From contig CT868060.1 of assembly GCA_000165425.1 (NCBI GenBank), forward strand, positions 1-64,000: a stretch of DNA of 64,000 nt, written 5' to 3'. Numbering within the stretch: the first letter of the stretch is position 1; each line of letters begins with the position of its first letter. The DNA comes from Paramecium tetraurelia (lineage: Eukaryota). Shown one piece after another: positions 63,635-64,000 of the stretch. Below the pieces are notes generated by a model. The model saw only the letters and a program-made list of their open reading frames with translations. It was not told the origin of the DNA and made no database searches. Both the position numbers and the translations under genes were made by a program.

Positions 63635-64000
63635 TGATATATTAATTAATATTTTATTTATAATAATTTTTACATGCAATATATCGATTTATATTCATAT
63701 TTTAGATTACAAACGTTCACAAATAGAATGCAGATGCAAGGCGGAGAAACAAAATGAGAAAACTTTTAGAACATAAGCACAAATTCAAAGTTATTTATTG
63801 TGTGGAACATCACAACGAAGATGTGATAAGATAATATGTGCAATCGCATTGATTTCAAATCCTAAATTTATTTTCCAAATGAGACAAACCTTTGGTTTAT
63901 TTCATTAAAGGGATTGAATAATATCAGGTTCAATGAGATTTGAAGACTTAGAATAATAATTATTAGATTGACTGAAACCTAAAGAAAACGTTTAAAACCA

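Noticed and set aside
1..64000. Standard-code ORF track taken as gene boundaries; prokaryotic operon, CRISPR or defence-island reading
   Set aside because: Conserved domains read through TAA/TAG and are split by tiny GT-AG introns, so this is ciliate nuclear DNA. No repeat-spacer array was seen.
1..64000. Retained IESs or Euplotes-style programmed frameshifting as the cause of broken frames
   Set aside because: The disruptions in intact genes are single bases, not TA-bounded inserts of 26 nt or more, and do not sit at stop codons.

Overview
AT-rich, gene-dense ciliate macronuclear DNA, almost certainly Paramecium. TAA/TAG read as Gln and only TGA stops, introns are tiny (20-31 nt, GT..AG), and intergenic gaps are often under 50 nt. 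The supplied standard-code ORF track is therefore fragmented and partly shadow ORFs, so I re-translated genes by eye with the ciliate code; boundaries may be off by a few nt. The first ~9.5 kb is mostly decaying genes, including two divergent TRAFAC-type GTPases. About 30 genes follow, including a METTL14-clade MT-A70 protein that keeps DPPW, a degenerate cytochrome-b5-reductase, three kinases, WD40, NIFK/Nop15, an unusual 'DEPT'-box SF2 helicase resembling giant-virus helicases, CNOT11, an importin-alpha-like protein, a BPI/LBP protein, CFAP410, two MORN proteins, an MFS transporter, a cNMP-binding protein, tandem PP4 catalytic subunits and a RING-H2 ligase. The most striking element is a four-copy family of intronless ~385-aa signal-peptide/GPI-type surface proteins (48.9-61.7 kb). 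They carry an RR(I/L)L site and have a zona-pellucida-like layout and patchwork similarity suggesting gene conversion; two copies form a near-perfect 1.35-kb inverted repeat around a 0.94-kb spacer. Several otherwise intact genes carry isolated +1 insertions, most likely assembly errors. No rRNA, tRNA, CRISPR, telomere or transposase was recognised.
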